NCBI GenBank assembly: GCA_965277805.1
Contig: OZ255842.1
Location: 704,001 to 768,000, forward strand
From: Candidatus Lustribacter sp.
Lineage (GTDB): Bacteria; Vulcanimicrobiota; Vulcanimicrobiia; Vulcanimicrobiales; Vulcanimicrobiaceae
DNA length: 64,000 bases
Reading direction: 5' to 3'
The position numbers and the translations under genes are program-made. Under the pieces are notes generated by a model. It was not told the origin of the DNA and ran no database searches. It saw only the letters and a program-made list of their open reading frames with translations. Positions 55,750 through 64,000 of the stretch are shown here, in pieces. Numbering within the stretch: position 1 is the stretch's first letter; each line of letters opens with the position of its first letter.

Positions 55750-58004
55750 GCACGCGCGCGACGTTCCTCGCCGGAACAACCGGTTTGGTCGTCGTCGCGA
55801 CCGCCGGCGGCGTGCGCAGTTTGGCCTATGCGGCCGACGCGCCGGCCCCGGCGAAGATGACCTCGCTCGGCGCGTGGCTGCGCATGCTGCCCGACGGCAC
55901 GGTCGAGATGTGCACGGATAAAGTCGAGATCGGCATGGGCACGCCGACCGGGCTCGCCCAGTTCGTTGCCGACGAACTCGACGTTCCGTTCGATAAGGTG
56001 CTGCCGATCGTCGGCAGTACCGACCGGACCGTGTTCGCCGGCGGCGTCGGCGGCAGCAATTCCACCGCGCGCGGCAACTCGGCGATCCGTAAGGTGGCGG
56101 CCCAGATGCGCAGCATCTTGCTGGCCGCCGCGGCGCAGCAACTCGGCGTTCCGGCGACCCAGCTCAGCGTCAACAACGGCGTGATCCACGTCGCCGGCGA
56201 GCCGGGCAAAACCCTGCGCTATACCGACGTTCTGAGCGCGCTCTCGCCCGATCCGCAATTGCCGATCAGCGGCGTGCTTTACGACATCGACGTCACCGTT
56301 ACCGCGCAACCCAAAGCGTTTAGCCAGTATCGCGTGGCGGGCTCGCCGCTGCCGCGCAAGGACGTCCCGGCCAAAGCGTTCGGACATTATCCCTACGTCG
56401 TCAATGTACGGCCGCCCGGTATGCTGCACGGCCGATTCGCCTATCCGCCGACGATCGGCGCGACGCTCTTGACCGCCGATGAGGCGTCGATCGCGGGCAT
56501 CGGTGACGCGCGCCTCATCCGGGCAGGTGGTTTTGCCGGCGTGGTGGCGACGCGGGAATGGGACGCCATTCGCGCCATTCGCGCACTCAAAACGACCTGG
56601 ACGCCGTCCGTCGTGACATTGCCGGCGCAAGAGCAACTCGCGGACTACATGTGGGCCCAGACGCCGTTCAAGCAAGACGTGCTGAAAAGCGGCGACGTTG
56701 AAACGGCAATCGGAGCGGCGCCGGTCGAAGCGAAGTATTTCTGGCCGTTTCAATCGCACGCCAACATGGGCCCCGGCTGCCACGTCGTCGATGTGCGGCC
56801 GGATTCCGTGACGGTGTGGTCGGGAACGCAAAAGACGTTTGCCTTGCGCCAAGGCATTGCCAACGTGCTCGCGCGTCCGCTCGAGCAAGTACGCGTCGAG
56901 TGGATCGCCGATGCAGGTTCCTACGGCCGGGCCGGTTTGGAAGAATCGGCCGCCGCCGCAGCATTGCTTTCGCGCGCCGTCGGACATCCGGTGCGCGTGC
57001 AATCGATGCGTGCCGACAACACGCAGTGGGCGACGAAGGCGCCCGCGATCGTCTCCCGCATGCGCGCGAACGTTCAGGACGGAACGATCGTTGCGCTCGA
57101 CGGGGTGCTGAGACAATTCAACGGCGCGGAGATCTTCTCGCAGCCGAGCGCTGCCGGATCGTTCCTCGCGGGGCAAATGGCCGGTTTTACCAATACCGTC
57201 CAATACGAGTTCGGCCAATACGGCAACAACACCGCGAAGTACGAAATTCCCAACCTGCGCTCGACGGCCGAGCTGCTGGCGCCGTTCGCGCCGTCGCTCT
57301 CACCGCTCCGCACGGCGCACATGCGCGATCCCGAAGGCCCGGGCATCACCTTCATCTTCGAATCGTTCATGGACGAATTGGCCGCGCACGCCGGAGCCGA
57401 CGCCATCGCGTTCCGGCTCAAGCATCTCAAAGATCCCCGTCATATCGAAGTACTGCAGCACGTTGCGAAGGCGGCCGGCTGGCAAACGCGTCCGTCGGCA
57501 TCGGTGAAGCAGCTGGGTGCAAACGGCGAACTGATCGGGCGCGGCGTCGCCTTCGCCACGCTGCGTGAAACGATCGTTGCAACGGTCGCCGAAGTCATCG
57601 TCAACCCGAAAACCGGTGCGCTCCGCGTGCGGCGCTTGATCTGCGCGCACGATTGCGGCTTCATCGTCAACCCGAGGTCGCTGCAGGGCACGATCGAGGC
57701 CAACCTCCTCCAGTCGCTCAGCCGCTCGATCTACGAACAGGTAACGTTCGACGATCGGAACGTGACCTCGGTCGATTGGCGAACGTATCCGGTCGTGTAC
57801 ATGCGCGACGTTCCCGACGAGGTCAAGGTCGTGCTCATCAACCAGCCGTCGATCGCGCCGACCGGGGGCGGCGAACCCTCATCACGGCCGACCGCCGCCG
57901 CGATCGCCAACGCCATCTTCGACGCCACCGGCGTGCGCGTACGCACCGCGCCGCTCACCACGAAAAACATCCTCGCCGCGCTGCAAGCGAAGGGCACGGC
58001 CTGA
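55746..58004 (+). CDS. Xanthine-dehydrogenase-family molybdopterin-binding subunit (IorB/NicB-like)
   Basis: K.E.G.G..TGLAQ..A.EL, PFQSHA.MGP, GSYGR, FE.FMDELA, AHDCG..VNP and GGGEP....AAAIANA.FDATG.R.R..P. Confidence 0.92.
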   Translation: MSTRATFLAGTTGLVVVATAGGVRSLAYAADAPAPAKMTSLGAWLRMLPDGTVEMCTDKVEIGMGTPTGLAQFVADELDVPFDKVLPIVGSTDRTVFAGGVGGSNSTARGNSAIRKVAAQMRSILLAAAAQQLGVPATQLSVNNGVIHVAGEPGKTLRYTDVLSALSPDPQLPISGVLYDIDVTVTAQPKAFSQYRVAGSPLPRKDVPAKAFGHYPYVVNVRPPGMLHGRFAYPPTIGATLLTADEASIAGIGDARLIRAGGFAGVVATREWDAIRAIRALKTTWTPSVVTLPAQEQLADYMWAQTPFKQDVLKSGDVETAIGAAPVEAKYFWPFQSHANMGPGCHVVDVRPDSVTVWSGTQKTFALRQGIANVLARPLEQVRVEWIADAGSYGRAGLEESAAAAALLSRAVGHPVRVQSMRADNTQWATKAPAIVSRMRANVQDGTIVALDGVLRQFNGAEIFSQPSAAGSFLAGQMAGFTNTVQYEFGQYGNNTAKYEIPNLRSTAELLAPFAPSLSPLRTAHMRDPEGPGITFIFESFMDELAAHAGADAIAFRLKHLKDPRHIEVLQHVAKAAGWQTRPSASVKQLGANGELIGRGVAFATLRETIVATVAEVIVNPKTGALRVRRLICAHDCGFIVNPRSLQGTIEANLLQSLSRSIYEQVTFDDRNVTSVDWRTYPVVYMRDVPDEVKVVLINQPSIAPTGGGEPSSRPTAAAIANAIFDATGVRVRTAPLTTKNILAALQAKGTA

Positions 58005-58066
58005 CCGCGTAACGGCGTCACGCGTGGCCCAAGGCATCGGCGCACGTGGCCGCGCAATTTGGCCCG

Positions 58067-59326
58067 ATGTCGAGCGCGCCCGCCACACTTCCCCACGTGC
58101 ACCTCGACGTCGGCGATACGAAGTTCATCCGCGACCCGTATCCGCGTCTCGCCGAGCTGCGCGAGACGACGCCGATCTTCTACGAACCGCGGCTGGACAA
58201 GATTTTCGTCACGCGGTACGAGGACGTATCGACCGCGCTGCGCGCGCGGAACTTCGGAACGTCGATCCTGCACGTGCTCTCACGCGACGAACTCGGTTGG
58301 CCGCCGCCGGATCCACGGCAGGCCGACTTCGACCGCTTCGAAACGAACCATCTACTGTCGAACGAGCCGCCGAAGCACACGCGCTTGCGAGGTTTGGTCG
58401 GTAAGGCCTTCACACCGCGGCGGGTTGAGGGTTTGCGCAAGCGCATCGCCGCCGTCGTCGAGAGCACGCTCGACGAGCTGGCCTTGCGCGAGTCCTTTGA
58501 TCTCGTCCACGACTTTGCGGAGCCGCTGCCCGTCATCCTGATCTGCGAACTGCTCGGCGTCGGCGCGGAGCATCGTGCGAACCTGCGCGCATGGTCGGCG
58601 GCGATCGTGAAGATGTACGAGATGGGGCACACGGAGGAACAGCAGCGCGCCGCCAACGACGCGGTCGTTGCGTTCAGCGCCCTCGTGCGCGAGGTTGTTG
58701 CCGCGCGGCGGGCGCAGCCGGCCGACGACTTGATCACGGCGCTCGCCGAAGTGGAAGACGGCGGGGAAACGTTGACCGAGGACGAGCTGATCGGGACGTG
58801 CATTCTGCTGCTGAATGCGGGCCACGAAGCGACCGTCAACGGGACGAGCAACGCAATCATCACCCTGATGCGCCATCGCGCGGACTGGGATGCATTCGTC
58901 GGTGCCGCTCGCTCGCCGGCCGCCGATGCGCTCATTAAAACCGCGATTGAAGAACTGCTGCGCTACGATACGCCGCTGCCGTGCTTCGAGCGGTGGGTGC
59001 TCGAGGACACCGTGTTCGCCGGCGTTGCGCTCGAACGCGGCGCGAAACTCGCGCTGCTGTACGCGAGCGCCAACCGCGACCCGCGCAAGTTCGCAGCACC
59101 CGACACCCTCGATCTCACCCGCGATCCGAACCCGCACGTCAGCTTCGGCTTGGGCATTCACTTCTGCCTCGGCGCGCCGCTGGCGCGGCTCGAATTGCAA
59201 ACCGGGCTTTCGGCGCTGGCGCGCCGTTTTCCGAACCTGCACCTCGCCGGCGAGGGCGCGCCGCTCGAGTACGGGGCCGGTTTCGTCATCCGGGGCGTGC
59301 AGCGGCTGCCGGTGCGCGCGCGATGA
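58067..59326 (+). CDS. Cytochrome P450
   Basis: PP.HTRLR, I-helix AGHEAT, EELLR, ANRDP and heme motif FGLGIHFCLG. Confidence 0.96.
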   Translation: MSSAPATLPHVHLDVGDTKFIRDPYPRLAELRETTPIFYEPRLDKIFVTRYEDVSTALRARNFGTSILHVLSRDELGWPPPDPRQADFDRFETNHLLSNEPPKHTRLRGLVGKAFTPRRVEGLRKRIAAVVESTLDELALRESFDLVHDFAEPLPVILICELLGVGAEHRANLRAWSAAIVKMYEMGHTEEQQRAANDAVVAFSALVREVVAARRAQPADDLITALAEVEDGGETLTEDELIGTCILLLNAGHEATVNGTSNAIITLMRHRADWDAFVGAARSPAADALIKTAIEELLRYDTPLPCFERWVLEDTVFAGVALERGAKLALLYASANRDPRKFAAPDTLDLTRDPNPHVSFGLGIHFCLGAPLARLELQTGLSALARRFPNLHLAGEGAPLEYGAGFVIRGVQRLPVRAR

Positions 59327-60864
59327 CACATTTGCTGCGCGCCGCGGCGTTGGCGGTGATGCTCGTGCTCGTGCTTGGCGCGGGCGCCGGAGCCGTTGCG
59401 GCGCCGCGCGCTTCGGCCACCGATCGCACCGCGGCATATTTGGACCGCATCCGGACGCAGCGGCCGTTGTTGATGCACTTTCTCGAGCGCATGCCGAAGG
59501 GCGGCGACCTGCATCATCATCTCACGGGTGCGGTCTACGCGGAGAGCTACATCCGCTATGCGGTGGAAGACGGTGACTGCATCGACGGCGCGAGCTATAC
59601 GATCGTTGCACCGCCGTGCGATCCGGCGGCCGGCCGGTTCCCGGCCACGCGCGCCTTGAGCGACTTCGTCTTTCGCAACCACACGATCGATGCGTTATCG
59701 GTGCGCGATTTTACGCCGAGCCATGACGATTCGGACATCCGGCTGCACTTCTTCGCCGCGTTCGATAAGTTCGATCTCGTCACCAACGGTCACTGGGGTG
59801 AGATGTTTGCCGAGGTCGTGGCGCGCGCGGCGGCACAAAACGAGATCTACCTCGAAACGATGCTCACGCCCGATCAGGGCGAGGTGTTGAAGCTGGCGGA
59901 AACCGTGCCGTGGAGCGACGATCTGCCGGCGCTGCGCGCGCGGTTGCTGTCGGCGGGGATGGCGAAAGCGGTGCGCGACGGCAGCGCCAACCTCGATGCC
60001 GGCGAGCAGAAGATGCGCGCGATCCTGGGCTGCGGCACCGCGCACGCGGATCCCGGCTGCGCCCTGACGCTGCGCTTTCAGTACCAGGTGCTGCGCGCGT
60101 TCCCCAAGACGTCGGTCTTCGCGCAGATGCTGGCGGGGTTCGAAATGGCCCGCGCCGATCCGCGCGTCGTCGCGATCAACCTCGTCGAGTCGCAAGACGA
60201 GTATAACGCGCTCAACGACTTCGGACTCCAGATGCGAATGCTCGACTACTTACACGGCGTCTACCCGGACGTGCACATCTCCCTGCACGCGGGCGAACTG
60301 ACGCCCGGCGAAGTACCGCCCGAAGAGCTGCGCGCATCGCACATCCGGCAGTCGATCGAACGCGGGCACGCCGAGCGTATCGGACACGGGCTGGATATCG
60401 TGTACGAGCGCGACCCGCCCGCCCTGCTCGCGGAGATGCGGCGCCGCCACATCTTGGTGGAAGACTGCCTCTACAGTCACGAGCTGGTGCGCGGGATGCG
60501 CGGCCGCGATAACGTGCTGCCGATCTATCTCGCCGCCGGGGTTCCGGTCGCGCTCGCGACCGACGATGAGGCCGTGACGCGTGCCGATCTCACGACGTCG
60601 TTTCGGCGTGCGGTTGAGGGCTACAACATCGGCTACCGCCGGATCAAAACGATGGTGCGCGACAGCCTCGATCACGCGTTCTTGCCCGGGGCGAGCCTGT
60701 GGCGCGCACCCGAGCAATTCACGATCGTCGCCGCGTGCGCACACGATGCGCCGAGCGACGTGCCGGCATCGGCGAGCTGCCGGCGCTATCTCGACGCGAG
60801 TGAGCGCGCGCGCGTCGAATGGCGGGAAGAGGTCGCCTTCGCACACTTCGAGAGGAACTTCTGA
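59323..60864 (+). CDS. Secreted adenosine-deaminase-family protein (copy 1)
   Basis: Signal peptide, PKGGDLHHHLTG, YLE.M, LHAGE, RIGHG and ATDDE. ATG overlaps the P450 stop. Confidence 0.88.
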   Translation: MTHLLRAAALAVMLVLVLGAGAGAVAAPRASATDRTAAYLDRIRTQRPLLMHFLERMPKGGDLHHHLTGAVYAESYIRYAVEDGDCIDGASYTIVAPPCDPAAGRFPATRALSDFVFRNHTIDALSVRDFTPSHDDSDIRLHFFAAFDKFDLVTNGHWGEMFAEVVARAAAQNEIYLETMLTPDQGEVLKLAETVPWSDDLPALRARLLSAGMAKAVRDGSANLDAGEQKMRAILGCGTAHADPGCALTLRFQYQVLRAFPKTSVFAQMLAGFEMARADPRVVAINLVESQDEYNALNDFGLQMRMLDYLHGVYPDVHISLHAGELTPGEVPPEELRASHIRQSIERGHAERIGHGLDIVYERDPPALLAEMRRRHILVEDCLYSHELVRGMRGRDNVLPIYLAAGVPVALATDDEAVTRADLTTSFRRAVEGYNIGYRRIKTMVRDSLDHAFLPGASLWRAPEQFTIVAACAHDAPSDVPASASCRRYLDASERARVEWREEVAFAHFERNF

Positions 60865-62396
60865 TGTTACGGACCATCGTCATCGCCGCGCTCGCGTTGG
60901 CGTTCGAAATCGGAGCGGCACCGCCGGCGACGCCGGCAGCGCGAACCGAAGCCTATCTCGCGGCGGCGGTCAAATCGGCACCGGTGAACCCGACGAATTT
61001 GACGCTGTTTCTCAGCCGCATCCCCAAGGGCGGCGACCTGCACCACCACCTCACCGGTGCGGTCTATGCCGAGAGCTACATTCAATATGCGGCCGAGGAT
61101 GGCGACTGCTTGGATGCGACCTTTACGATCGTCGCGCCGCCGTGCGATCCGGCCAAAGGCCAGTCGCCCGCCTCGCGCGCCGTCACCGACTATCTCTTTC
61201 GCAACCTGGCGATCAACGCGCTCTCGGCGCGCAACTATTCGCCGGTCGTGGGCGACGCGAGCATCCTCGTGCACTTTTTCCAAACGTTCTTCAAGTTCGA
61301 TCTGGTGACCAACGGGCACTGGCCGGAGATGCTGGCCGAGGTCGTTCACCGCGCGGCGATTCAGCACGAGCTCTACCTCGAGACGATGCTCTCGCCCGAC
61401 AAGTTCAAATCGTTGCCGCTCGGGCAACGCGTCGGTTGGGATCCCGACTTCGACCGGCTGCGCGCGAAACTCGATGCCGCCGGCGTGCCGGCGCTGGTGG
61501 CCGAGAGCCGCCGGAACCTCGATTCAGCGGAAGCCGGCGAGCGCCGCATCTTGGGCTGCGGCGGCGCTACTCCCGACGTGGGTTGCGGCTTGACCGTGCG
61601 CTATATTTTCCAAGTGCTGCGCGATGAGCCCAAGGAGCAGGTGTTCGCGCAAATTCAAACGGCGTTCGAACTCGCCGCGGTGGATCCGCGCGTCGTCTCG
61701 ATCAATCCGGTGCAACCGCAAGACGACTACCTGCCGATGAGCGACTTCGAGTTGCACATGCAGATGTTCGGCTACTTCCATAAGCGCTATCCGAAGATTC
61801 AGATCTCGATGCACGCGGGCGAGCTGTTTCCGGGCCTCGGCAAACCCGAGGAGATGGAGAACCCATCGCACATCCGCGATTCGATCGAGATCGGCGGCGC
61901 GGTGCGCATCGGCCACGGTCTGGACGTGCTCTACGAACGCGATCCGCGCGGACTGCTTGCGATGATGGCGCGCCGTCACATCCTCGTCGAAGATCCGATC
62001 TACATTCACGAGATGCTCGGACCCGGTGTCGTCGGCGGCGACCTCCTGCCGATCTACATGCACGCCGGAGTGCCCGTGTCGCTCGCAACCGATGACGAAG
62101 GCGGAATTCGCAGCAACCTGACGCAGACGTTTCTGCGCGCGGTGCAGGGCTACCACGTCGACTACTATGGGCTCAAGAAGCTGGTGCGCGACAGTCTCGA
62201 GCACGGTTTCATGGGTGGGGCGGATCTGTGGGCCGCACCCGAACGGTTCGACGCGATGGTGCCGGCGTGTAACCGGCAACCGCTCACGGCGCAGCAAGCG
62301 TCAGGAGCCTGCCGTGCGTTTCTCGCCGCGAACTTGCGGGCCGCGCTCGAGTGGAAGGAGGAGGTCGCGTTCGCGCAATTCGAGTCGCGCTTCTGA
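60864..62396 (+). CDS. Secreted adenosine-deaminase-family protein (copy 2)
   Basis: TGATG coupling, signal peptide, the same motifs (HHH, HAGE, RIGHG, TDDE), colinear with copy 1. Confidence 0.88.
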   Translation: MLRTIVIAALALAFEIGAAPPATPAARTEAYLAAAVKSAPVNPTNLTLFLSRIPKGGDLHHHLTGAVYAESYIQYAAEDGDCLDATFTIVAPPCDPAKGQSPASRAVTDYLFRNLAINALSARNYSPVVGDASILVHFFQTFFKFDLVTNGHWPEMLAEVVHRAAIQHELYLETMLSPDKFKSLPLGQRVGWDPDFDRLRAKLDAAGVPALVAESRRNLDSAEAGERRILGCGGATPDVGCGLTVRYIFQVLRDEPKEQVFAQIQTAFELAAVDPRVVSINPVQPQDDYLPMSDFELHMQMFGYFHKRYPKIQISMHAGELFPGLGKPEEMENPSHIRDSIEIGGAVRIGHGLDVLYERDPRGLLAMMARRHILVEDPIYIHEMLGPGVVGGDLLPIYMHAGVPVSLATDDEGGIRSNLTQTFLRAVQGYHVDYYGLKKLVRDSLEHGFMGGADLWAAPERFDAMVPACNRQPLTAQQASGACRAFLAANLRAALEWKEEVAFAQFESRF

Positions 62397-62406
62397 ATGC
62401 GGGAGC

Positions 62407-63354
62407 TTAGTGGTTCGCGTAGGTCGGTATCAGGCGCGAGCGCAGGTACTCGGCAAAGGGGACCGGCGGATAACGCGGCGGCCGTCGATCGGACGCGCAG
62501 CCCGGAATGCACGCGATCACCGCGTCCGGATTCGGTTCGCAGAAGAAGGCCGCAGAATAGCGTTCGCGGCCCGAACGGTTGACGACGCGGTGCGCGGTCG
62601 ATGCGTACACGTCGTTGGTCCAGCGCATCAGCGCATCACCGATGTTGCACACGAACGTATCGGGCACCGGGTCGAGCGCGATCCACGTGCCGTCGCGCCG
62701 GCGCACCTCGAGACCGCCGGCATCATCTTGGACCAGCAGGGTGAGGCCGCCGTAGTCGGTGTGCGGCGCGGCGCCGTGGAGGCGGCCGTCGAATTCGCCC
62801 GGATGCGGCGGATAGCGTAAGATGCGCAGCGCCGAGAGCGAGCGGTCGTAGTCGCTCGCAAAGAAGTCCGGCTCGAGGCCGAGATCGACGGCGATGGCGC
62901 GGTGAAGTGCGGCGCCCAAGTTTTCCATGCCGGCGAAATACGCGAGCAGCGCGTCGCGAAATCCCGGCAGGCGCGGCCACTGGTTGACGCCGACGAAGGG
63001 CGTCCCGGCGCGCAGATCCGGATCGTCGGGTTCGCGCTCGCGTCCGGCGTTGAATGATTCCTTGGCATCGGCCGGCCGGCTGGGGTCGAGTTTCTCGAGT
63101 GCCATGCGCGCGTAGCCGAGATAATGCGGCGACGCTTCGATCGGCGTTTCTGCTTTGACGGCAAGCGGCAGCGCGAAGAACGCCTGCGCGGCCGCGAACA
63201 GATCGTCGATCAGCGGCCGGGCGATCCCGTGGTTTGCAACCGCGAAGAACCCGATGCCGCGCGCCGCAGCGCCGATCGCGTGCGCAACCGCAACGATGCC
63301 GGCATCCCCTCCGTCGCGCAACGGACCGAGGTCGATGACCGGAACGCGCTCCAT
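62407..63354 (-). CDS. Isopenicillin-N-synthase-family 2OG-Fe(II) oxygenase
   Basis: Start MERVPVIDL. GFF....HG, D.KE, L.YP, HTDYG..TLL.QD, N.GD...RWTN, HRV and RYS. Confidence 0.92.
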   Translation of the reverse strand: MERVPVIDLGPLRDGGDAGIVAVAHAIGAAARGIGFFAVANHGIARPLIDDLFAAAQAFFALPLAVKAETPIEASPHYLGYARMALEKLDPSRPADAKESFNAGREREPDDPDLRAGTPFVGVNQWPRLPGFRDALLAYFAGMENLGAALHRAIAVDLGLEPDFFASDYDRSLSALRILRYPPHPGEFDGRLHGAAPHTDYGGLTLLVQDDAGGLEVRRRDGTWIALDPVPDTFVCNIGDALMRWTNDVYASTAHRVVNRSGRERYSAAFFCEPNPDAVIACIPGCASDRRPPRYPPVPFAEYLRSRLIPTYANH

Positions 63355-63483
63355 GTTGCTGGGATTCGCGCTCAAAACGAGCGCGCCCCCGTGTAAAACT
63401 CTCGACAAACGTCGAACGGTTCGCCTAACCGATCCACCGCTGGAGTCTTGAGAGCCGTTCGCCTGCGGCGTACCATACGTACT

Positions 63484-64000
63484 ATGCAACCTTCCGAGGC
63501 GGGCGTTTGTCCATGCCGTGTCAGCAGCGCCGCCGAAGCCTTTACCGCGCTGCGGCGCGACGGTGCGGTGATCCTTACCGGCTGCGGCGATTCGCGCGAG
63601 GACGCCGCCGCGCTGGCGCGCAGCGTGCTGGAATCGTTGGCGCCGGTCATCCCCGATCCCGCGCCGATTAAGGAAGGCGGCGGCAACGCGGATCGCACCT
63701 ACACCAACATGCCGGGCGCGGACGGCCGTACGCTGGTGCCGTTCCAAACCGGGCATACCGACGGCTTCGCGTACGGCGATCGGTATCCGGACTTCATCTT
63801 TCTGCTCTGCGTTCGCGCGGCCGCTGCCGGCGGGGAATCGTTCGTCATCGATACGTACCGGATACTCGACGCGTTGGCGGCGTCGGAATCGGCGGACGAT
63901 CGGGCATTTCATCAATTCTTGACGACAACGCCGATCGAACAAACCGAGCCCGGCTTTCAATCTTCCCTCGCACCGGCCATCGGCGATAACGGTGCGGGCC
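63484..64000 (+). CDS. TauD/TfdA family dioxygenase (3'-truncated; absent from the ORF track)
   Basis: Manual translation MQPSEAG...GHTDGFAYGDRYPDFIFLLCVRAAAAGGESFVID shows the HxD, P...L.C and GGES...D motifs. Open to the window end. Confidence 0.8.
   Translation, partial: MQPSEAGVCPCRVSSAAEAFTALRRDGAVILTGCGDSREDAAALARSVLESLAPVIPDPAPIKEGGGNADRTYTNMPGADGRTLVPFQTGHTDGFAYGDRYPDFIFLLCVRAAAAGGESFVIDTYRILDALAASESADDRAFHQFLTTTPIEQTEPGFQSSLAPAIGDNGAG

Noticed and set aside
19084-57218. Long Arg/Ala-rich alternative-frame ORFs (e.g. 19084..20643, 24781..26313, 54244..55779, 55710..57218)
   Set aside because: They lack recognisable motifs, overlap confident genes, and are expected from stop-codon scarcity at high GC.
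62407-63354. Beta-lactam biosynthesis (IPNS plus MBL-fold gene)
   Set aside because: Family-level similarity only. There is no ACV synthetase/NRPS, and the MBL-fold protein lacks HxHxDH.
63425-63470. Partial resemblance to ZTP (pfl), glycine or xanthine riboswitch fragments
   Set aside because: Only short matches (e.g. GCCGTTCGCCTG, AAACTCTC). The required 5' conserved elements are missing, so it is kept only as an unassigned structured region.
1-64000. Mobile elements, CRISPR, tRNA/rRNA, defence systems
   Set aside because: No transposase or integrase motifs, repeat-spacer arrays, RNA-gene signatures or obvious compositional break were seen by eye.

Overview
High-GC bacterial chromosomal segment with about 63 densely packed CDS. 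I saw no rRNA, tRNA, CRISPR array, transposase or integrase. Most of the window is an aromatic/heterocycle-scavenging region. It holds 15 ABC substrate-binding proteins (10 NitT/TauT-type, one of them broken; 5 LivJ/K-type) but only one ABC ATPase/permease pair. Catabolic enzymes include five Rieske oxygenase alpha subunits, two luciferase-like monooxygenases, an HpaB-like monooxygenase, a P450, a molybdopterin oxidoreductase large subunit, three SDRs and several amidohydrolases, with no dedicated reductase in the window. Three modules stand out: (i) a divergent leuCD-like + ABC importer + tcuA-like operon (24.8-31.0 kb); (ii) a partner-switching-like signalling island with three PP2C/SpoIIE phosphatases, a Crp/Fnr regulator, a Cys/His microprotein and a hemerythrin-like protein (38-47.8 kb); (iii) an SDR-Moco-P450-tandem exported adenosine-deaminase-like unit beside two 2OG-Fe(II) oxygenases separated by a structured spacer (54.9-64 kb). 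Several exported proteins carry single-arginine Tat-like leaders. The gene style suggests Vulcanimicrobiota/Eremiobacterota, which is inference only. Functional calls come from recognising motifs by eye, not from database searches. Many start codons were re-picked from the ORF track.
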